Assembly (NCBI GenBank): GCA_964454295.1
Contig: CAYVTV010000002.1
Coordinates: 1-53,128 of the forward strand
Source: an uncultured Bacteroidaceae bacterium
GTDB lineage: Bacteria; Bacteroidota; Bacteroidia; Bacteroidales; GCA-2748055
Direction: 5' to 3'
Length of the DNA: 53,128 nucleotides
Below, in pieces: positions 28,366 through 35,957 of this stretch. A program made the position numbers and the translations under genes. The notes under the pieces are model-generated. The model was given only the letters and a program-made list of their open reading frames with translations, searched no databases and was not told the origin of the DNA. Position 1 is the first letter of the stretch; each line of letters begins with the position of its first letter.

Positions 28366-28437
28366 TGCAAAAGCCGGTGTCCCTGACCACTCCTCTCAGG
28401 TACAATTCGACTACCCCAGGCCGGAGTTAATTATAAC
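28366..28437 (-). repeat. R1 half-element, subfamily 2 (copy G)
   Basis: TGCAAAAGCCGGTGTCCCTGACCACTCCTCTCAGG..GGCCGGAGTTAATTATAAC. The right half is missing. Confidence 0.6.
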
Positions 28438-28467
28438 AAATTGATTTAATCAGTTCCAGAGATATTT

Positions 28468-28760
28468 TATTGGGGTTTCTTCCCATATCCAATAATAACA
28501 TCATCTGTAACCTGCCTGAAGCCTCTTTTTTCAAACAACTCTTTGGTTTTCTGGTATTCCTGATGTCTCTTGCTTTCAGGAATCTTTGCATACCACCAGT
28601 TTGAAGATACAGCCGCAAAATATTCACAGGCATCAGATGGTGTTCTGAACAGGTTTCTCCAGATGAATCTGTTTGTCTGGACATTATATCGCCATTAATC
28701 ATAAGTTCAGTAAAGCCACCGGCAGGACAGTAAAAGAGGTGAATTCTCCTGACCTGCAAA
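28468..28760 (-). pseudogene. Frameshifted gene remnant (possibly methyltransferase-like C-terminus)
   Basis: Two frames each carry protein-like sequence. One reads ..RIHLFYCPAGGFTELMINGD. The other reads WRYNVQTNRFIWRNLFRTPSDACEYFAAVSSNWWYAKIPESKRHQEYQKTKELFEKRGFRQVTDDVIIGYGKKPQ*. There is no credible start, and the function is a guess. Confidence 0.3.
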
Positions 28761-29095
28761 AGTCAAGCTGCAAAAAGATTTACCGGAGATTTTGGTGCTG
28801 CCTCACTTTTGGAAAATACTAAGGTTGGATTTTTTAATCAAGAAAAAAAAAATTAAATCAATTGTTGCTGATTGAATTAGTGAAATTTTATCTGGTCCTG
28901 TGTGGAACAATGATCGCATCTCGATGTGATTTTCTGGAACTAATGTGGTAGTTTAAATCAAGATTTTTTATGCAATAGCTGGGATTCATATCATTGTAAT
29001 TTTTTTTTGGTAATTATATGGTCTATTTTTATGCAGTAAGGAAATCCTTATCATATTTCTAAACTTTATTTTCATAAACAAAACTTCAATAAAAA

Positions 29096-30406
29096 ATGTA
29101 CGACGATCAAAGTGAAAAATACATTAATCAATTTAGCGAACTGAGGCCTGTTGATATAGAGAAGTATATGTTAATAATAGGTGCGAGGGAGGTGGAAGAG
29201 ATTAAAAGGCTGGCCGGACTTCTGAAAGGCAAAACATGGTGTCATGTAAATTCAACATTTGAAGGTGGTGGTGTTGCTGAAATGCTGCGAAGCGCAGTGC
29301 CCATTGCCAAAGGACTTGGAATAAACTGCAAATGGTACAGTATCGAAGGTAATGAAAATTTCTACTCTATCACAAAAAGATTTCATAACATCATCCAGGG
29401 AGTTGACCAGCATTTTACAATTGAAGATTTGCTTGAGACCTACCTGGAAACCAACAGAAAAAATTTTGAGAACACAAGAATAGTATCCGATATGACGATT
29501 GTACATGATCCCCAGCCATGTGCATCAATAGTCCACGGCAACTATGAAGGCAAAATGATCTGGAGATGCCATATCGATACTTCGGAAGCAAACGAGATGA
29601 TCTGGAATTTTCTATTACCTTATATAAATAACTATGACGGCTGTATTTTCTCGCAGCGTGAATTTGTCCGACGCGGTATCAAGAAACCTGTTTATCAGAT
29701 GACACCGGCTATTGATCCCTTAACAGCCAAGAACCGGCAAAGGTCAACAGAAGAGGCATACGGGATATTATCAACATTCTGGTCAAATTATAACATTGAT
29801 CCGGAACGTCCGATCATTCTTGCAGTTTCGCGTTACGATATCCATAAAAACCAGGAACAGATAATAAAAGCATTCAGGAGGCTAAAGAAGGATAAATCCG
29901 TAAGAGACCTGAAGCCGATCCTGATCCTTGTGGGAAATTCGGCCACAGATGATCCAGAAGGGATGGAAATGTATAGGAAAATTAAAGAAGCAGCTGATAA
30001 TGACCCTGATATTTACCCCCTGCTGAACATTGAAAATAATGATGAAAATATTGGTGCACTCATGAAAATTGCCAGGATATTCGTACATATCTCAACAAGG
30101 GAAGGTTTTGGTCTTGTAGTGACTGAAGCCTTATGGCAGGGTACTCCTGTAATAGGAAGCAATGTGGGAGGGATCAAAACTCAGGTCATCAGCGGTAAAA
30201 CCGGATATCTTGTTGATCCGTATAACATAAGCAATATTGTGGTGTTCATGAAATATCTCCTGACGAACCCCGAAGAAAGGGAAAGACTTGGCTACAATGG
30301 AATTGAATATGTACGTGAGAATTTCCTGATAACCACTCTTATTAAGAAGTACCTGATACTTATGCGTTTCCTTCTGGGAATCGATTTTCCGTATTTCAGG
30401 ATCTGA
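29096..30406 (+). CDS. treT: GT4 glycosyltransferase, trehalose synthase TreT-like
   Basis: WCHVNSTFEGGGVAEMLRS, WRCHIDTS, DDPEG and STREGFGLVVTEALWQGTPVIGSNVGGIKTQV resemble archaeal/bacterial TreT as I recall it. Not verified by search. Confidence 0.65.
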   Translation: MYDDQSEKYINQFSELRPVDIEKYMLIIGAREVEEIKRLAGLLKGKTWCHVNSTFEGGGVAEMLRSAVPIAKGLGINCKWYSIEGNENFYSITKRFHNIIQGVDQHFTIEDLLETYLETNRKNFENTRIVSDMTIVHDPQPCASIVHGNYEGKMIWRCHIDTSEANEMIWNFLLPYINNYDGCIFSQREFVRRGIKKPVYQMTPAIDPLTAKNRQRSTEEAYGILSTFWSNYNIDPERPIILAVSRYDIHKNQEQIIKAFRRLKKDKSVRDLKPILILVGNSATDDPEGMEMYRKIKEAADNDPDIYPLLNIENNDENIGALMKIARIFVHISTREGFGLVVTEALWQGTPVIGSNVGGIKTQVISGKTGYLVDPYNISNIVVFMKYLLTNPEERERLGYNGIEYVRENFLITTLIKKYLILMRFLLGIDFPYFRI

Positions 30407-30584
30407 AAACTATTCAGGAATTTTTACAAGTAATTTTTCTTTCAATAACCTTAATTGAATCGATCAGTTCCAACCATACTTCGGCTAGAGTGTTCTGCCC
30501 CTCTTTATAAGGGTTTGTTATAGAAAAAGCAACGGATTTAGCCTTGTCTTTCCTGAGGTCATGATCTGCAAGTGTGGGAGGGGG

Positions 30585-30723
30585 TGCAAAAGCCGGAAGC
30601 CTTGACCCCCTTCAGCCGGTAATTTTAACAATTTAGTACTTATTTATTTATCAGAGGATTAACGTCGGCGTGAGATGGTCAATCTAATCCGGCGCCAAGT
30701 GGTCAGGGGCACCGGCTTTTGCA
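30585..30723 (+). mobile_element. R1 MITE-like element, subfamily 1 (copy H)
   Basis: Full-length with perfect termini. Confidence 0.8.
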
Positions 30724-30872
30724 GTAAAGGTTGATACATTGACTTTTTGTGGGTGTTTTGCAGGATTTACCGGGATGAAAACGAAATATATCAGACAATT
30801 AAAATAATAAAACTTGTTGGTGGATGAATATTCCCGTTTCCTTTTATTGTTTAAAAGCATCCATTTTAACTT

Positions 30873-31080
30873 AAATCCAGGCCCGAAACTGGCACCGAGC
30901 CGAGTGTTAAAAAATTGCCCAGCGGGCATTTTTAGCGAAGGAGTCAGACTGCCGCGGGGGAAAAATAGCCTAACCAGGAATATTCGGTTGTTCTATTTGA
31001 TTGAAAGTGTGAGTGTCAGAGCGAGAGCGAGGAAACAGAGTGAGTTCGCTCGCTCTCGCTCCCGCTCTCACTCTTTTTCA
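30873..31080 (+). repeat. R4 element copy 1 (candidate structured RNA or composite repeat)
   Basis: It shares ordered blocks with 41484..41662: GAAACTGGC, CCGAGYGTTAA, a hairpin, TTTAGCGRAG, CAGAYTGYCGCGG, TTGTTCTAT and TTGAAAGT(T)TGAGTGTGAGTG. It ends in a long (GAGYG)n hairpin at 31007..31073. Confidence 0.6.
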
Positions 31081-31337
31081 AGTGGGCCCAGCTGGGATCC
31101 CCGCCTGACCAGCGTCAGTCGGGCAGGGAACCAGCGACCCCCAGATTATCAGCATTTTATGTGGGGGTCCACTGGTTTACACAGATTTGTATCTGTTTGT
31201 ATCCGCTAATTTTGTTACAGAATAATTGTAAAAAATTTCATGGATTTATACCGATATGGTGGAAATACTGGCACCAAAACTGGCACTAATAGACTTTGGA
31301 AGAATTCTGATTGATAAAGAATGCCTATCTTTGCCCT

Positions 31338-31649
31338 ATGGATCTGATTGAAAGAAATATCAACAAATTAACCATCCTTTGTAAGCAACACAAAGTAAAA
31401 GAACTTTATATTTTTGGATCAATCCTCACAGAGGGATTCAATGATTTAAGTGATGTTGACTTTCTTGTTCAGTTTGACGATATAGACATACTTGATTACT
31501 TCGACAATTATATGGACTTTAAGGAGAAACTTGAAGACCTCTTTGGCAGACCTATAGATTTGCTTGAAAACCAAGCTATCAGAAATCCAATATTCCGAAA
31601 GGTTCTGGACAGAGATAAAAAACTAGTTTATGACCGAGAAACTGCTTAA
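31338..31649 (+). CDS. mntA: MNT-type nucleotidyltransferase (antitoxin of HepT/MNT type VII TA)
   Basis: GS-x10-DxD motif: LYIFGSILTEGFNDLSDVDFLV. It overlaps the downstream HEPN gene by 20 nt. Confidence 0.8.
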   Translation: MDLIERNINKLTILCKQHKVKELYIFGSILTEGFNDLSDVDFLVQFDDIDILDYFDNYMDFKEKLEDLFGRPIDLLENQAIRNPIFRKVLDRDKKLVYDRETA

Positions 31650-31968
31650 ATTTTTATATGATGTCAAACTGGCAATTGACGATATCGAATCTTATTTTGA
31701 GAATGAACCCCGGACCTTCGATAATTATCAAAAGAATTCTTTGCTAAGAAGAGCTATCGAAAGGAACCTGGAAATTATCGGAGAAGCCATAAACAGGATT
31801 TTGAAAGAGGATCCTTCTTTCCCAATTGAAAATGCTAAAAGGATTATCGGGCTAAGGAATCAAATAATTCATGGGTATGATTCAATATCAGATGAAAACA
31901 TCTGGGGAATTATTACTGTTTATCTGCCAAAGTTAAAATCTGAGGTTGGTTCGATGATAAAAGAATAG
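31630..31968 (+). CDS. hepT: HepT (DUF86/HEPN) toxin
   Basis: R-x4-H-x-Y HEPN motif: RNQIIHGY. 112 aa. Confidence 0.8.
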   Translation: MTEKLLKFLYDVKLAIDDIESYFENEPRTFDNYQKNSLLRRAIERNLEIIGEAINRILKEDPSFPIENAKRIIGLRNQIIHGYDSISDENIWGIITVYLPKLKSEVGSMIKE

Positions 31969-32052
31969 ATACATACAGTCCATAAGTTTTCTTCAGAAAC
32001 TTATCACTCAGTAATATCTGACTTCTTATAAATTTAAACCTAATCTTCTTAA

Positions 32053-32166
32053 AATCCTGGCCCCAGACTGGCACCGAATATAAAGATCCCTGTAAATAGT
32101 CTTGTACGTATCTGATTTTTCTTCAAAATCCGTCCTTCTCTGACCAATTTGAAAGAAGGCCTGAAA
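32053..32166 (+). repeat. R2 element (copy 3, with CCTGGC..ACTGGCACC left part)
   Basis: AATCCTGGCCCCAGACTGGCACCGAA...TCTGATTTTTCTTCAAAATCCGTCCTTCTCTGACCAATTTGAAAGAAGGCCTGAAA. Confidence 0.75.
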
Positions 32167-32270
32167 CCTATCATAATTCTTTGGGAAGGATCTTGCTAAA
32201 TCTTATTTCATCTGCAAATCTTAGTACGTTTACTACATACTTTTACAGCGTATAGAAAACAAAGCATTTT

Positions 32271-32375
32271 ATGAAAGTCATTATTACAGGAACCACAGGA
32301 ATGGTAGGTGAAGGCGTTTTACTCGAATGCCTGAATCATACTGAAATAATCGAAGTTTTGATTGTCAGTCGTAAG
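32271..32375 (+). pseudogene. N-terminal stump of an NAD(P)-binding (Rossmann, epimerase-like) gene cut off by R1
   Basis: MKVIITGTTGMVGEGVLLECLNHTEIIEVLIVSRK (GxxGxxG), then R1 copy I. The frame ends at a TGA inside the R1 CTTGACCAC block. Confidence 0.7.
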
Positions 32376-32514
32376 TGCAAAAGCCGGAAGTCTTGACCAC
32401 ATTCAGCCGGTAATTTTAACAATTTAGTACTTATTTATTTATCAGAGGATTAACGTCGGCGTGAGATGGTCAATCTAATCCGGTGCCAAATGGTCAGGGG
32501 CACCGGCTTTTGCA
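32376..32514 (+). mobile_element. R1 MITE-like element, subfamily 1 (copy I)
   Basis: Full-length. It interrupts the Rossmann-fold ORF. Confidence 0.8.
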
Positions 32515-32520
32515 ATTGAC

Positions 32521-32604
32521 AAAAAACCCCCAAACAATATCCACCTACATTTTGATTTTCTGAAATCCGTCCTTCTTTGACCACTTCAGAAGAAGGTCTG
32601 AAAA
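32521..32604 (+). repeat. R2 element (copy 4)
   Basis: ..TTTGATTTTCTGAAATCCGTCCTTCTTTGACCACTTCAGAAGAAGGTCTGAAAA. It starts 6 nt after R1 copy I. Confidence 0.8.
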
Positions 32605-32735
32605 GACTTTACATCTCAGAAAACCACATATATAATTTCCAATGATGAAAGATGATAAAGTCCGATATTGTAAATAGTTATAAATTAATATAATAAGTGA
32701 ACAGGGAGACTCTTTTGGAATAAAAATTTATATGC

Positions 32736-33407
32736 CTATTTATAATCTTTTATCGATTTGGCTATAAATTCCGCCATAATCCTTGTTCCTTTCTCATTTG
32801 GATGGATTCCATCCAGGAAATTTTCAGGTTGGTTGCTCATTTGAGTATATAAATCGATAATAGGAAGATTGTTTACCTCTGCTATTTTCTTTATTGCTGG
32901 TACTACAGATGCACGCAAAGAAGAATCCCCATCATTCCAGTTAAAGGGGTTTTTATAGAGAGGGGTTGGCAAGCAAAGTAGGATTTTGGGTTTAGTATTA
33001 ATGGTATTGAATGTATCTATCATGGACTGATAATCTCTGCTGAAGTTCACATCATTCCAATTAGTGCCCTGTATACCATCCATTCTTGGTCGAACATCAT
33101 TTGTACCTAATTTTATTATAATGATGTCAGGCTCAAAAGCAAATGTGTTATAAAACTCACCACAGTTCCAATAAGGTACATCCCCCTTCTTTTGCACTGT
33201 GGTACCACTACGCCCACAGTTTAAGACAGAATAATTCAACCCTAATATGCTGTCGACCATGACAGGGTAAGCATTCTCGCTTTTATTTGACAATCCATAG
33301 CCTTCGGTAATGCTGTCACCGACAATTGCAACCTTTATTTCCTTTTTTGAACAAGAAATAAATAATATGACCAATAGTGCTAAAGAAATTAATTCCTTCT
33401 TTTTCAT
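32736..33407 (-). CDS. SGNH/GDSL hydrolase lipoprotein
   Basis: VAIVGDSITEGYG, KLGTND and DGIHPNEKG blocks. Lipobox FISC. Confidence 0.85.
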   Translation of the reverse strand: MKKKELISLALLVILFISCSKKEIKVAIVGDSITEGYGLSNKSENAYPVMVDSILGLNYSVLNCGRSGTTVQKKGDVPYWNCGEFYNTFAFEPDIIIIKLGTNDVRPRMDGIQGTNWNDVNFSRDYQSMIDTFNTINTKPKILLCLPTPLYKNPFNWNDGDSSLRASVVPAIKKIAEVNNLPIIDLYTQMSNQPENFLDGIHPNEKGTRIMAEFIAKSIKDYK

Positions 33408-33456
33408 AATTCATGTTTATATTGGATAATAAATCCTTCCCAGTTCTTTCATTTTT

Positions 33457-34335
33457 CTATTGTTTTAAATAGAACTTCCAGAATTCTAATGTGTTTTTGA
33501 TAATCTGTCTTGTTGTTTCATTGTCAAGAGCAGCATCAAATCCATGGACTCCATTTTGATAATTTATTAAAGTAATTGCTAAATCTTGATTTAATGCTTT
33601 GTCATAAAAATTTGCTAAGGTTTGATTTATGTATGGAACATTATCTTTTCCTGCCCTGATAATCATGATAGGCACATCCTTTCTCCAAGTAGTTGGTTCA
33701 GGTAATCGGGGAGTCTTGAATCCCATTTTTTGTGATATTGTATCAATCTGTTGTAAATATTTAAAATCATTAGTCAGGAAAAATCCGTAATAAACAACTG
33801 CACATTTAAATATATTATCGGATCCGTTTAATATGTAGGAAATAGTTGTGGGAGTATGGGCAGAACATGTCCATGCTCCAATCTTATTAATGTCAATTTT
33901 TAATTTGTTTTCATTTGTTTTCAGATAATTTGAAAGAGTGATTATATCCTTTTCTGGATTAATTGACTGATAAACAATACCAGCCATTCCTGATGCTGAA
34001 ATTATCTTGCACCATGAAACTAACTGGATATAGTTCTTAAATTCGCTGCCAAGCAACTTCTGGCCAGCCACATCAGGATAACCTAAAACAATAATAACTG
34101 CAGGAATTTTACTTTGGAAATCAAAATCTGGTGGATAATAGATATCCATTTTCAAATCTGAACCAGCAATATCTTGGTAGGGGATATCTTTCTTAACAAT
34201 TACTTCGTTCATTTTCGGTAAATCATAAACCACAGCACCTTGTTCTCTTTGTTTGTTTGTTGTTTGTGCCTGTATCCCAATTATGCCATATAATAGTAAT
34301 ACAGCAATAATTATGGTTCTACGAGGTGTGTTCAT
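33457..34335 (-). CDS. Alpha/beta hydrolase, dienelactone-hydrolase-like (paralog 1)
   Basis: 292 aa with a signal peptide. IGAWTCSAH sits at the nucleophile-elbow position and GVHGF near the C-terminus. It is a paralog of 42976..43851. Confidence 0.6.
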   Translation of the reverse strand: MNTPRRTIIIAVLLLYGIIGIQAQTTNKQREQGAVVYDLPKMNEVIVKKDIPYQDIAGSDLKMDIYYPPDFDFQSKIPAVIIVLGYPDVAGQKLLGSEFKNYIQLVSWCKIISASGMAGIVYQSINPEKDIITLSNYLKTNENKLKIDINKIGAWTCSAHTPTTISYILNGSDNIFKCAVVYYGFFLTNDFKYLQQIDTISQKMGFKTPRLPEPTTWRKDVPIMIIRAGKDNVPYINQTLANFYDKALNQDLAITLINYQNGVHGFDAALDNETTRQIIKNTLEFWKFYLKQ

Positions 34336-34620
34336 CTGCCTGGGTTTTTGTAAATGAATTAACCTAAATAACTATAAGTCAGAAATATGATGGAAGTTAT
34401 GCTAAAATTAAATCAAAATCAAATAAATCTTTTCAAATGACAGCCAATCGGATTAGAGTTCTGGTATTTTTATACATTGCCTGTATTCAGAACTTCTATG
34501 TTACTCCATTCCTTATTGATTCTTACCTGTAAAATCATCTTGTAGAATAACCCCTCATTAGATACAGTAACAAAAGATGTTTTTGTGGGAGGTGGAATAT
34601 TTATTATACATTTTCGCCCA

Positions 34621-34797
34621 AATCCTGGCACCAAACTGGCACCAAAAAAAAGTTACAATTTTTGAGGTTGTAACTTCTTGATTTTGTGTGGGCCCAATTG
34701 GCACCAAACAAAAAGAAACCTCCAATTGGTCTTTTATGTGTCTGATCTTAAAATGAAATCCGTCCTTCTTTTACCACTTCGGAGGAAGATCTGGTAA
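34621..34797 (+). repeat. R2 element (copy 5, longest; tandem CTGGCACCAAA 11-mers at the left end)
   Basis: AATCCTGGCACCAAACTGGCACCAAAAAAAAGTTACAATTTTTGAGGTTGTAAC...GGCACCAAACAAAAAGAAACCTCCAATTGGTCTTTTATGTGTCTGATC..AAATCCGTCCTTCTTTTACCACTTCGGAGGAAGATCTGG. Confidence 0.75.
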
Positions 34798-34848
34798 CAT
34801 GAAACACAAAAGGGGAAAGTATAAAACTAGTTGTATCTATTAACTCCT

Positions 34849-35309
34849 TTATTTTTCTTTTTGTTTAAAACCAATTTTTTGTCTTGGTTTACTCTCTTCC
34901 TGCAGCATTTGTTTAAGAGCAGTAAATATGATTCTAAATTGTTCATCATATTTTTGCTCAAGCCTTTCTATTTTATCAGCAAGATCTTTGTGGTCGATTA
35001 AGAGTTGTCTTAGTTTTACGAAAGTTCTAAGGATCGCAATATTTACTTGAATAGCTATACGACTTTTTAATACACTTGAAAGCATTGCGATTCCCTGTTC
35101 ATACGATCTATTTCTTCATCTGTGAGTTCAAGCATAAAATCTTTCGGAGATTTATCAAGATTTCTTCGGACAGCTTGTTTTAATACTCTGGTTTCTACAA
35201 CATAAAGCTTTGCTAAATCTGTATCGAGCATAACTTTTTCACCTCTAATGAAGTAGATTAAACTCGCCAAGTCAGCCTCTTTAAGGATTGGTAATTTGCT
35301 CATATTCAA
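34849..35309 (-). pseudogene. ORF6N-domain (KilA-N-like) protein gene, disrupted by an internal deletion/frameshift
   Basis: The two track ORFs (35067..35309 and 34849..35085) are the halves. One is IRGEKVMLDTDLAKLYVVETRVLKQAVRRNLDKSPKDFMLELT.. and the other is ..YEQGIAMLSSVLKSRIAIQVNIAILRTFVKLR. The segment normally between them (..SQIVTS..GGRRY.P..) is missing. Confidence 0.7.
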
Positions 35310-35390
35310 ATGGTGTCACAAATTGTGATACCATAAAGATAATTAAATCGAAATATCTTGAACTCATTTTTACCCTCAAATGCATCCCTA

Positions 35391-35432
35391 AAATCCGTCC
35401 TTCTTTGAGCACTTCAGAAGAAGGTTTGAAAA
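35391..35432 (+). repeat. R2 element (copy 6, core only)
   Basis: AAATCCGTCCTTCTTTGAGCACTTCAGAAGAAGGTTTGAAAA. Confidence 0.75.
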
Positions 35433-35493
35433 TAATTAACATACATTTGAAGGTAAAATGTATACTTCAAATTGGGTTTAAAAATTAACGATT

Positions 35494-35799
35494 ATGAAAA
35501 TCAAACCCTTTAATGTTATAGATCACAACTCTTTACCTGAAATAACGGTTAATAAGCTTCCTATAAACGGCGATCCTCTGGAGATTAAAGGGGAAATGTA
35601 CTTTGTATGTGAAACGAATTTACAAGAGAGGGATGAACAGGAGGTCGGGGTTATACCACTGATCGTTAAAAATCCCTCCAGGGTTGATAATATTAATAAT
35701 TATATAAAGTGCCTGACAATTGCCCAAAGAAGAATACAGTTCAGGAAGGCAAACAATATCTGTGACTTAAATGATTGCGATGAAATGGTAATTTCTTAG
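35494..35799 (+). CDS. Hypothetical small protein
   Basis: 101-aa ORF between R2 copies. No motif recognised. Confidence 0.4.
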   Translation: MKIKPFNVIDHNSLPEITVNKLPINGDPLEIKGEMYFVCETNLQERDEQEVGVIPLIVKNPSRVDNINNYIKCLTIAQRRIQFRKANNICDLNDCDEMVIS

Positions 35800-35900
35800 T
35801 TGAATTTCCTTTTATGAAGAGATTGGTGGTAATTGACACCAACCTTCGTTTAAATATATACAAGAGGCTGGAAAAATCATCTCAATATTGTTGTGCAGGT

Positions 35901-35957
35901 ACCTGATTTTATAAGAAATCCCTCCTTCTTTGACTACTTTAGAGGAAGGTCTGGAAG
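35901..35957 (+). repeat. R2 element (copy 7)
   Basis: ACCTGATTTTATAAGAAATCCCTCCTTCTTTGACTACTTTAGAGGAAGGTCTGGAAG. Confidence 0.7.

Noticed and set aside
28427-28759. 110-aa minus-strand ORF as an intact gene
   Set aside because: It has a non-ATG start and overlaps an R1 half-copy. The more protein-like C-terminal sequence is in a different frame. It is better explained as a frameshifted remnant (listed as a low-confidence pseudogene).
30814-31209. 131-aa plus-strand ORF
   Set aside because: It reads straight through the R4 repeat and the (GAGYG)n hairpin, giving an Arg/Ser-rich low-complexity translation with a non-ATG start. This is a repeat artefact.
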